Source: an uncultured archaeon | GTDB lineage: Archaea; Asgardarchaeota; Lokiarchaeia; Sigyniarchaeales; SOKP01 | Length of the DNA: 21,554 nucleotides | Direction of reading: 5' to 3' | Assembly: GCA_964493715.1 (NCBI GenBank) | Contig: CAZBPC010000059.1 | Span: 1 to 21,554 of the forward strand | Part shown: positions 9,251 through 17,932 of the stretch, in pieces | Layout: each line of letters opens with the position of its first letter | How positions within the stretch are numbered: position 1 is the first letter of the stretch | Made by a program: the position numbers and the translations under genes | Notes under the pieces: generated by a model | The model's input: the letters and a program-made list of their open reading frames with translations, nothing else | Told to the model about the DNA's origin: nothing | Database searches by the model: none

Positions 9251-10420
9251 ATGGATAGATTTCCAAAAGAAAGTGTGAATCATTATATATTAGAAAAACT
9301 TCACCTCACAAATGATTCTAAAGTCGATGATATACTAAAAATTACGAATGATTTATGTGGTTTGCAAGCTACAGGGACTTTTGAACCATATGTGTATCTC
9401 TTTAGCAGAAAAAAAGGATTTCGAAAGGAGGAATTAGATAAAGAATTATATAAAACAAAATCCCTCTTAAAAGTCAGAGGGATGCGCAATACCATGTTCA
9501 TTGTACCTAAAATAGACGCTCCTCTTATACATAAAGCGACAAACTACCTAAAAGAAAATAGATTTGAGGGTTTTTTCAATTATTCTGATTTTATCAGAAA
9601 AGAATACGACGAATTGGAATCAAAAGTTCTTCAAGTTCTGAAAAACGAATCTTTAACCGCGGCAGAAATTAAAAAAAGGATCGATTCGGATAGAAACATA
9701 TCTATAATCATATCGTTGATGTGCGATAAACTACTTTTAGTGAGAGACAAGGCTCCAAATGGATGGAAAGACAGAAGAAATACATATACTCTAATGAAAA
9801 ATAATTTTCCCGATCTGAATTTTCAAGATGCAGAAGAAATTAAGGCAATTCAAAGTCTTCTTCTAAGATATATAAAGTCATATGGTCCAGTTACCGAGCA
9901 AGATATCGCGTGGTGGACAGGACTGACAAAAACTAAAGTTAAAAATGCCATAGATAGCATTCAACCTCATATTGAAAGAATTAATCTTTTTGACGAGATT
10001 CACTATATTGAGAAATCTGACTTAGAATCTTTTAAAAACATAAGTCCTCAAAAGACTCCAATCATAAATCTGCTAGCAAACTTGGATCCATACTTGATGG
10101 GATATAAGAACAGAAAACGCTTCATTCATGATGCTATTTATGATTTTGTGTTCGATCGGTCTGGAAACGCCACCACTACAATCCTATTGGATGGAATCGT
10201 GATTGGTATATGGGATTTTCAGAGTAAACCAGACCCTATCGTAAAAATCTTATTATTCGAAAGCCAAACAAAAGAAATTTTAAATGATATAAAAAAGCAA
10301 GCCAAATTAATTGGGGAATTCATTCTTGAACAAGACGTAAAGGTTCAAAAATGTAGTAATCCTGAACCTTTAACAAAAAGGAGTGCTGGAACATTCATGA
10401 GACCTCTCAAAAATTGTTAA
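9251..10420 (+). CDS. AlkZ/YcaQ-like (HTH_42) winged-helix protein, putative crosslink DNA glycosylase
   Basis: GLQAT, MRNTMF, YGPVTEQDIAWWTGL, LDPYLMGYKNR, ILLDGIVIGIW. Confidence 0.8.
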   Translation: MDRFPKESVNHYILEKLHLTNDSKVDDILKITNDLCGLQATGTFEPYVYLFSRKKGFRKEELDKELYKTKSLLKVRGMRNTMFIVPKIDAPLIHKATNYLKENRFEGFFNYSDFIRKEYDELESKVLQVLKNESLTAAEIKKRIDSDRNISIIISLMCDKLLLVRDKAPNGWKDRRNTYTLMKNNFPDLNFQDAEEIKAIQSLLLRYIKSYGPVTEQDIAWWTGLTKTKVKNAIDSIQPHIERINLFDEIHYIEKSDLESFKNISPQKTPIINLLANLDPYLMGYKNRKRFIHDAIYDFVFDRSGNATTTILLDGIVIGIWDFQSKPDPIVKILLFESQTKEILNDIKKQAKLIGEFILEQDVKVQKCSNPEPLTKRSAGTFMRPLKNC

Positions 10421-10447
10421 TCTTATTTAAAGATTATATATAAAGAT

Positions 10448-11263
10448 TTAAACTTCTAAAAATGATTTCACTTGAATCATAAAAGCTTCAAAATTATCTC
10501 TCCGTATATTATGACCTGCGTTTTGCACTATTACAAGTTTTGCATCTCCGAATTCTGAAATAATGCTATTTGCCTCTTTTTTCCTCAATATACCCTTAGT
10601 TGATACTATTATTAATGTTGGGGCATTAATTTTTTGGAATGTTTCGTGCCAATCAACACTGATTTTTAGATTTTCAAAAGTAGTAATTGGGGCATTTAAT
10701 GAATATTCTTTTTGACCAGCCGCCCAAGTGTCGTTATCCATATCGTCCCATTTTGGGTTCATTTTCTTGCTTGATTTCCTCAATTTCTCTTCTGTCTTCT
10801 TCCTGTTCCTCTTTATCATAAATTTAAATATCATAACAAGGAATCTTGCTTTAAATGATTTATTATTAAAAATATAAGCTGGATCTTCTAAAATTATTTT
10901 AGAGATCAATTCTGGATGGTTTGAAGCGACTAATGTTGCTATCTGTGCCCCCATTGAATGCCCCATCAGGATTGGTTTTTCGAGCGAAAGAGAGTTGATT
11001 AAATTTACGATGTCTTCCGAAATTGTTTCTAAGGAGAAATTTACTTTCTTTGCAATTGACTTTCCATGATCACGAATATCAGGTATGATGATGTCAAAAT
11101 TTTTTTCCAACATGCTTGCAACCCGTGCCCAACATAAACCATTGTCAGTAAAACCATGAAGTAGAATCATCTTTGGTTTTTCTCCGCCTGTTCTATAATA
11201 ATGCAGAGTTACATCATTATAATCGATAATTTCTTCCTTCCATTTTGCTAGAATTTTAATAAT
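10448..11263 (-). CDS. Alpha/beta hydrolase (start probably upstream of the track's 11170, possibly ATT 11263)
   Basis: HGFTD, GHSMG nucleophile motif, AGHNI. The frame extends upstream as WKEEIIDYNDVTLHYYRTGGEKPK, a typical family N-terminus. Confidence 0.85.
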   Translation of the reverse strand: MIKILAKWKEEIIDYNDVTLHYYRTGGEKPKMILLHGFTDNGLCWARVASMLEKNFDIIIPDIRDHGKSIAKKVNFSLETISEDIVNLINSLSLEKPILMGHSMGAQIATLVASNHPELISKIILEDPAYIFNNKSFKARFLVMIFKFMIKRNRKKTEEKLRKSSKKMNPKWDDMDNDTWAAGQKEYSLNAPITTFENLKISVDWHETFQKINAPTLIIVSTKGILRKKEANSIISEFGDAKLVIVQNAGHNIRRDNFEAFMIQVKSFLEV

Positions 11264-11345
11264 GGCATACTCACCTTGAAAATATTAAAAACAGCTATAA
11301 AATAAAATATAAGAAAAAAGTAAAATAAAAGAATAAAATAGTTTA

Positions 11346-11885
11346 TTATTTATTTCCAAACTCGGTAACATCACCAAAAAGACGCCTGATCGAATCAATA
11401 CGCTTCTCTTCACCGATTTGTTCGACATTCTTGAGTGAAATCGCTTCTTTGGGACATACTGCTATGCATTGGGGCTCTCTCTTACCAATTTCGGGGTCGA
11501 TGAAATCTTCTTTCATGTTTTCGCACAAATCACACACCAAGGCTTTTTGGGAGACTATATGCATCGTCATCACTCCAAAATCGCATGCTCTTGCACAAAA
11601 ACCGCAACCATTGCATTTATCTTCATCTACAAGGATGGAACCATCTTCAGCTTTATCTAATGCTTTTTCTGGACATGCAGTCACGCAAGGTGCATCTTCG
11701 CACTTCTGGCATGCTAAGGCAATGTTAAACACGGGTTCAATTCTAACTCGATGAATTCGCGTGTTAATTGGATTGAATTCTCCATCATGAACAAAGGAAC
11801 AAACAGATTCACACGTTTCACAACCCGTACAGAGGTCTGGATCGACGATGATAAATTGGTGAATCCTTTTTTTCCGTGCTGCCAT
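11346..11885 (-). CDS. 4x[4Fe-4S] electron-transfer subunit (DmsB/HycB/AorB-like) partnered with AOR
   Basis: CTGCETCESVC, CQKCEDAPCVTACP, CNGCGFCARAC, CDLC...PQCIAVCP; start overlaps the aor stop. Confidence 0.9.
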   Translation of the reverse strand: MAARKKRIHQFIIVDPDLCTGCETCESVCSFVHDGEFNPINTRIHRVRIEPVFNIALACQKCEDAPCVTACPEKALDKAEDGSILVDEDKCNGCGFCARACDFGVMTMHIVSQKALVCDLCENMKEDFIDPEIGKREPQCIAVCPKEAISLKNVEQIGEEKRIDSIRRLFGDVTEFGNK

Positions 11886-13819
11886 TATTTTTTACCTCCC
11901 TTTGTCGCTGCTGGTTTTAGTTTTCCAATAACAAAATCTAATCCCAATCTCTTCAACGTGTCATCAGTAGGAATTCCGGTTTCTTTATCCCAACCTCTCG
12001 CTTCATAATAGCCACTTAGAAGTGTTTGGTATCCATCTTCCTTGAGAGTTACACCTTTAGCAGGACCTTTTGTATGTGCATCCTTGAAGAACTTCTCGGG
12101 TGGGTGATCATCTGCTCGTGTCCATCCTTCTCTAATGTTGAAACACTTGGAAAGGTTTACTATTGCTTCTCCACGTTTCAGGATTGATTCTTCAGTGTGT
12201 GGAATGCCAGTAACGAGTTCATATACTTTTGCCATTTCTGCATCGTTTTCATATATGCCTCGTGTGAACTTGCAGATGATATAAGAATCGATGATGGCAT
12301 ACACGTCCTCAGTTTCTATAATCTTCTTTCCTCTTTCAAGAGGTTTTTCATATCCAAAGCGGTCAAAAGTCCCTTTTGCATCCAATCCATATGATCCATT
12401 ACGCAAATGGCAAGCACCACGAATGGATACGCTCTCTCCGACCGCGAAGGAGGTCATGCCATGTAAATCGAACGCGGGCATTTCTAGGCCTTTGATCTGC
12501 ATGCCATAATAACTTGCATTTTTGCGACCCATTTCCTCCAAACGAATTCCAGCTTGTTTGCATCCATCACCGAAAATTTTGCCTGCGAACCCGGTACCCA
12601 TACAGATTTCTTCAGTAAATTTCACTAAATTAGTAGTAGATCCAAATGGAAGTTCATAACCGAGATCTTTTTTGGTAATTAATCCGACGTCATAAAGCTC
12701 GCACGCCATGCTGGCCGTTACTCCTCCACTGATTGCGTCAATCCCTAAATTATCGCATAATTCAATACACTTAAATACAGTGGGCCAATCTGAGTTACCA
12801 GTATTCGTGCCGAATGAATAACACATTTCCACATCCACAGAAGCTATCAAGTTAGGATATTCAGGATGAGTTTTTGGGACTCTTGCTATATGATCACAGG
12901 CGATGGAACATTGTGAACATGCCACTTTCTTCACGATCCAATCTTGATTAAGTGTATCTCCTGTGAATGCTCCATTATCAATTTCTTCCCAAGTTCCTTC
13001 TCGATAATTCCTGGTAGGCATCATTCCAAGTTTGTTATAACTTGTTAATCCTGATGGTGTTCCTAAATCTCGATATTTAGATGTTGCTGGTCCATTTGCT
13101 ACTTTAATAAGTTTTTTTGCGGCTTTGTAAAATTCTACTGGTTGCGCTACTTTGATGCTTTGGGTGCCCCTAAAACAGATAGCTTTTAAATTCTTACTTC
13201 CCATTACAGCCCCCATCCCTGTTCGACCAGCTTGTCTGTTTCGATCATTAGTAATGCATCCCATACGGCTCATGCGTTCACCAGAAGGACCTATTGACAT
13301 CACAGCTAATCTATGATCTTGAAAATCTTCCCGTATGAGTTCCTCAGTTTCGAAATTCCCTTTTCCCCAAACAGTTTTTTCACATGGCACAAGGTAGTAA
13401 TCACCATCGTCTACAACCAAATAGACTGGTTCAGAAGATTTACCTTTGATAACTATCGTGTTGATGCCTGCCCTTCGAGCTTGAGCTCCAACAGAACCCG
13501 AGGAAATAGCCATTCCAAACATTCCAGTTAGCGGAGATTTAGCAAATACACCGTATTTTGAACTTGTAGGTAAAATTGTTGATGGAAAAGGACCAATTGC
13601 CCAAACAAATACATTTTCGGGACTTAAAGGATCCGCCCCGGGCTTCAATTCATCCCATAGGATTTTAGCGCCAAAACCGTACCCCCCAATCCAGTCTCGA
13701 ACGAATTCATTCGATAATGTTGATTTGTCAATTTTTCCATTAGTTAAATCCACATCCAGCCTAACTTGAGAATAGCCAGTTATCGTGTCTGGTATGGGGA
13801 TATCCTTAGATTTACTCAT
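11885..13819 (-). CDS. aor: Tungsten-dependent aldehyde:ferredoxin oxidoreductase family protein
   Basis: KSPLTG, AGRTGMGAVMGSKNLKAI, CSQCSIAC, DNLGIDAISG, RGACH, YYEARGWD..G.PT. Confidence 0.93.
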   Translation of the reverse strand: MSKSKDIPIPDTITGYSQVRLDVDLTNGKIDKSTLSNEFVRDWIGGYGFGAKILWDELKPGADPLSPENVFVWAIGPFPSTILPTSSKYGVFAKSPLTGMFGMAISSGSVGAQARRAGINTIVIKGKSSEPVYLVVDDGDYYLVPCEKTVWGKGNFETEELIREDFQDHRLAVMSIGPSGERMSRMGCITNDRNRQAGRTGMGAVMGSKNLKAICFRGTQSIKVAQPVEFYKAAKKLIKVANGPATSKYRDLGTPSGLTSYNKLGMMPTRNYREGTWEEIDNGAFTGDTLNQDWIVKKVACSQCSIACDHIARVPKTHPEYPNLIASVDVEMCYSFGTNTGNSDWPTVFKCIELCDNLGIDAISGGVTASMACELYDVGLITKKDLGYELPFGSTTNLVKFTEEICMGTGFAGKIFGDGCKQAGIRLEEMGRKNASYYGMQIKGLEMPAFDLHGMTSFAVGESVSIRGACHLRNGSYGLDAKGTFDRFGYEKPLERGKKIIETEDVYAIIDSYIICKFTRGIYENDAEMAKVYELVTGIPHTEESILKRGEAIVNLSKCFNIREGWTRADDHPPEKFFKDAHTKGPAKGVTLKEDGYQTLLSGYYEARGWDKETGIPTDDTLKRLGLDFVIGKLKPAATKGGKK

Positions 13820-13879
13820 TTTTTATTAATCACTTGTTCTATCTTATTATTTTGAATTTTTTTTATTAAACAATTTATA

Positions 13880-13984
13880 ATAGAGAACTACTATTTATTA
13901 GGTTACCTCTTAAACTAAGATTCTAATGTAATCCCAAGTTCTCTATCCTCAGCCTTTTAGAACTATTTATTTGGTTGAGGGATA
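13880..13984. promoter_or_regulatory. Inverted and direct repeats in the divergent aor / hdrD-like intergenic region
   Basis: ATAGAGAACT (13880-13889) pairs with AGTTCTCTAT (13937-13946); CCTCAGCC pairs with GGTTGAGG. Direct repeat AGAACT(ACT)ATTTATTWGGTT at 13884-13904 and 13959-13976. Confidence 0.4.
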
Positions 13985-14132
13985 ATTCTTACTTTGTTTT
14001 TATTTTATTTAAATTTCGATATGATGAAAAGAGTCACTTTTAGCATAAAAATTGCTTTCTTTCTATAATCAAACTATATAAAAATGTTCTACATCTATAT
14101 TTATCAACAATAAACAATTAATTTGATTTATA

Positions 14133-16886
14133 ATGACTGAATCAAAAGGTATTGAGAGCACTAAAAAAGAACAAACTAAACTTCCAAAGGAAGTAATTGA
14201 TAAAGTAAAAGAAGCAGCAAATTATTGTTATAGTTGTAATCGATGTGTTAACGTGTGTCCTCTCTCTCTCATGGGAACCTTTTTTCCCAGACAGTTAATT
14301 ATGGATTTAACTTTCCTAACACCTGAGGAAGCATTAGAACGCAATAATATATGGAGTTGCTTAACATGCGGAAGGTGCATGGAATATTGTCCCATGTTTT
14401 CAGAGAAAAAAGGCGTTAACTTTCTTGATATAATCTTAAATCTCAGAACTCTTGTTTCAGATTATGAACCATTAGAAGTAGAAAAAGTAAATGCTCATCA
14501 TGATCGAGAATATTCAAGTTTACCTTATCTTATGGCAAATGATTTAATTGATACCCATAAAAAGCTTGGTTTTTTAGAAAACACTAATTTAAAAATTGCT
14601 AATAATGGTGAGATAGCATACTTTATGGGATGTTTACCTTTTATGAATTCCATTGCGCCCTGTACTAATGCTTGTCCTGCCGGAATTGATGTTCAAGGTT
14701 ATATCGCATTAATAGCAGAAGGCAAATTTCAAGAAGCTATTGATTTAATTAGAGAAAAAAATCCATTCCCCATGATATGTGCTCGTATCTGCACAGAACC
14801 GTGTGCACTAGCTTGTAATAGAAAAGAGATTGATGATCCAATTGCAATCCGGGGACTAAAACGATTTATCTCAGATTGGGAATTAAATAATAACCTAGAA
14901 TCAAAGATCCAACCCGTCGAGCAAAATAAAGAAAAAGTTGCTATAATAGGTGCTGGTCCAGGAGGTTTATCAGCAGCCTATTTCTTAGCTAGAAAAGGAT
15001 ATAAACCCAGTGTATTTGAAGCAGAAATTTATAAGGGCGGTACATTAAGATCGGGAATCCCTAGATATCGATTGCCTGCTTATATCTTAGATTATGAAAT
15101 TGAATTTATTGAAAAGATGGGAGTTACAATTAAAACTAATACAGCCATAGGACCAAGTTTAAACTTTGAAAAGTTAGAAAAGCAAGGGTTTAAAGCATTT
15201 TTTATATCAATTGGTCAACAAACTTGTTTAGAGATGAAAATTGAGGGTGCTGACCTTAAAAATGTATTATGTGGTCTTAATTTTCTCAAACAAAAAAATC
15301 TAACTAAAAAACAATTCGAATTTAAAGATAAAATTATTGGTGTGATTGGTGGAGGAAATGTAGCCATGGATTCCGCAAGAACTGCTTTGAGGTTAGGTGC
15401 TAAAAAAGTAATTGTAATTTATCGGCGCTCTGAGAAAGAGATGCCTGCTTCAGAAGAAGAAATCGAAATGGCTAAGGAAGAGGATATAGATTTTCAATTC
15501 TTGACTAATCCCATAAGAGTAATTGGAGACAAAGATGGACATATTAAAGAAGTAGAATGCATGAGGATGAAGCTTGGTGAACCAGATCCTTCTGGACGAA
15601 GACGACCCCTCCCAATTGAGGGATCAGAATTTAAAATGAATATTGATGTCATGATCCTTGCAATAGGACAGGGTACTGATTTGACTTTATTAGAAGCTGC
15701 TAATGATCAATTAAAAACAGATAGATGGGGTAAAATAGAAGCTGATGACGTAACGCTACAAACAACGATTCCCAATATTTTTGCGGGAGGAGATGTAATT
15801 GAAGGTGAAGGAATCGCTATTAGAGCAATTGCTCATGGATATGACGCAGCAGAATCTATTGACCGATACCTTAGAGGTATTGATCTGAAAAAAAATAGAA
15901 CCTTAAGAAAATATGCAAAGATTGCCCCTATCCCTAAAAAGAATGCCCATGAAATGTCAAAAGAAACTTTAGATATTTTACCCTTAGAAAAGCGATTACG
16001 AGGATTTGACGAAATTGAGTTAGGGATGACAGAAGAACGGGCAATTCAAGAAGCAAGCAGATGTTTAAATTGTAACATTTGTAGTAGCACCGATCAAAAA
16101 CTTGAAGCCTATGACAATGCGTGTGATGAGTCTAACATTCAAGAATGTTCTTATGGATTTCAACCGACTATTCAATGTTACAATGCCTTGGATTTCTTAG
16201 AGATTCCAAAAACAGTAATAGGTTTATTAAATCAGAAAGATATAGTGCCCGTAGTTCTTTCAAGTGAAAAATGTTGTGGTCATGATAGTTTATGGCAAGG
16301 AGATACCAACTCATTCGAGAGTTTAGCAAAATATAATGTGAAACTATTTAAAGATGCCGGAGTAAAGACAATAGTATTCAGTTGTGCTGAAGGTTATTAT
16401 ACTTGGAAACATGAATATCCAAAATTATTTAAGAACCCTCAAGAGTTCGATTTTGAGATATACCACATTACAGAATACATCTTAAAAAAGGATTTATTAG
16501 AGGATTTAAAATTCCCAATCATGGATAAAATTAAAGTTACTTATCATGATGCTTGCAGGCTTGGTCGCATGAGTAATGTTTATGATGCTCCACGCGAAAT
16601 ACTTGAAAAAATCCCTTTCATTGAAATGGTTGAAATGAAAAGCAATAAAAGCGATGCATTATGTTGTGGTGTATCCTCATATATTAGTTGTAATGAGGAT
16701 TCAAGAATGATACAAGCCGAACGCATTAAAGAGGCTATCGATACTGGTGCGGATTACTTAATCGTTAGTTGCCCTAAATGTTTAGCTCATCTCAATTGTT
16801 ACTTGAATGAAAATAAGGAACAAAAGAACAAAATAAAAATAATGGATTTAACCACGTTCCTGGGAAAATTACTCTTTCTTAACTAA
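14133..16886 (+). CDS. HdrD-like (2x[4Fe-4S] + 2 CCG) protein with an inserted GltD/NfnB-type FAD/NAD(P)H module
   Basis: CYSCNRCVNVCP and CLTCGRCMEYCP; AYFMGC167; insert APCTNACPAG...GAGPGG...GGGNVAMD...YRRS...EASRCLNCNICS; then CCGHD, FSCAEG, YHDACRLGR, CCGV, SCPKC. Confidence 0.88.
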   Translation: MTESKGIESTKKEQTKLPKEVIDKVKEAANYCYSCNRCVNVCPLSLMGTFFPRQLIMDLTFLTPEEALERNNIWSCLTCGRCMEYCPMFSEKKGVNFLDIILNLRTLVSDYEPLEVEKVNAHHDREYSSLPYLMANDLIDTHKKLGFLENTNLKIANNGEIAYFMGCLPFMNSIAPCTNACPAGIDVQGYIALIAEGKFQEAIDLIREKNPFPMICARICTEPCALACNRKEIDDPIAIRGLKRFISDWELNNNLESKIQPVEQNKEKVAIIGAGPGGLSAAYFLARKGYKPSVFEAEIYKGGTLRSGIPRYRLPAYILDYEIEFIEKMGVTIKTNTAIGPSLNFEKLEKQGFKAFFISIGQQTCLEMKIEGADLKNVLCGLNFLKQKNLTKKQFEFKDKIIGVIGGGNVAMDSARTALRLGAKKVIVIYRRSEKEMPASEEEIEMAKEEDIDFQFLTNPIRVIGDKDGHIKEVECMRMKLGEPDPSGRRRPLPIEGSEFKMNIDVMILAIGQGTDLTLLEAANDQLKTDRWGKIEADDVTLQTTIPNIFAGGDVIEGEGIAIRAIAHGYDAAESIDRYLRGIDLKKNRTLRKYAKIAPIPKKNAHEMSKETLDILPLEKRLRGFDEIELGMTEERAIQEASRCLNCNICSSTDQKLEAYDNACDESNIQECSYGFQPTIQCYNALDFLEIPKTVIGLLNQKDIVPVVLSSEKCCGHDSLWQGDTNSFESLAKYNVKLFKDAGVKTIVFSCAEGYYTWKHEYPKLFKNPQEFDFEIYHITEYILKKDLLEDLKFPIMDKIKVTYHDACRLGRMSNVYDAPREILEKIPFIEMVEMKSNKSDALCCGVSSYISCNEDSRMIQAERIKEAIDTGADYLIVSCPKCLAHLNCYLNENKEQKNKIKIMDLTTFLGKLLFLN

Positions 16887-17046
16887 TTTTTATTATTCTC
16901 TGCTTTAAAGGGTTAAGTAATAAAATATATAATCAATTAATCTCGTTTCACTTTTTTATAATCATCAATTTAAAAATAATTGATTAATTTAGAATGCTTA
17001 AGGATAGTCATTTTAATATTAAATATTACAAAATTGTTGTGCTATA

Positions 17047-17931
17047 ATGCCTTATAAAATTTTAGAGAAAAACGAGCTCGGAAAAAGTGGAGTATTGTTT
17101 GAGATGATGATATCTACTCCATTAATTGCGAAAAAAGCTCATGCTGGGAATTTTATACTCCTTCGCATAAATGAAACTGGAGAAAGATTTCCCCTAACTA
17201 TTGCTGATTATGATCGAGACGAAGGAACTATAACAATTGTATTCCAAGTTGTTGGTAAGAGTACAAAGCAACTATCAAGCCTAAATATTGGTGATGAGAT
17301 TCTTGATGTTGTAGGTCCTTTAGGTAATAAAATTCACATCCAAAAGTATGAACATCCAGTGATACTCATCGGTGGAGGCGTCGGAATAGCTCCCGTTTAT
17401 CCCCAAGCAAAAGAATTGAAGGAAGTTGGAAATACTATAATCTGTATATTAGGTGCTAGAAATACGGATTTATTATTTTGGCGTGAGAAGTTAAGAAGCG
17501 TAAGTGATGAATTAATAATATGCACTGATGATGGAACTGAAGGTATTAAAGGAGTAGTAACAGAACCACTGAAAGATATAATTATTCATCGAAAAATTAG
17601 TATTGTCGTTGCAATTGGACCATTGATAATGATGAAATATGTCGCACTCACAACTGATGGATCTAGAGATTTACCCAAGGTTAAAACCTTTGCTTCTTTA
17701 AATACTATCATGATTGATGGAACTGGGATGTGTGGTGGATGCCGATTTACCACTCGGGATGGAGAAATTTATCATTCTTGTGTAGATGGCCCAGATGTTG
17801 ATGCCCATATGGTAGATTTTGATAATTTATTAAATCGTGCAAAGAGATTTAATGAACAAGAAAAACAATCATTAGAAAAATATGATAATGAATGTAGAGC
17901 ATTAAATAAATTTAACAGTGAGGCACACTAA
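17047..17931 (+). CDS. nfnA: NfnA/SudB-type FAD/NAD-binding [2Fe-2S] small subunit
   Basis: GERFPLTIAD, VGPLG, GGGVGIAP, DGTGMCGGCR, CVDGPD. Confidence 0.92.
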   Translation: MPYKILEKNELGKSGVLFEMMISTPLIAKKAHAGNFILLRINETGERFPLTIADYDRDEGTITIVFQVVGKSTKQLSSLNIGDEILDVVGPLGNKIHIQKYEHPVILIGGGVGIAPVYPQAKELKEVGNTIICILGARNTDLLFWREKLRSVSDELIICTDDGTEGIKGVVTEPLKDIIIHRKISIVVAIGPLIMMKYVALTTDGSRDLPKVKTFASLNTIMIDGTGMCGGCRFTTRDGEIYHSCVDGPDVDAHMVDFDNLLNRAKRFNEQEKQSLEKYDNECRALNKFNSEAH

Positions 17932-17932
17932 A

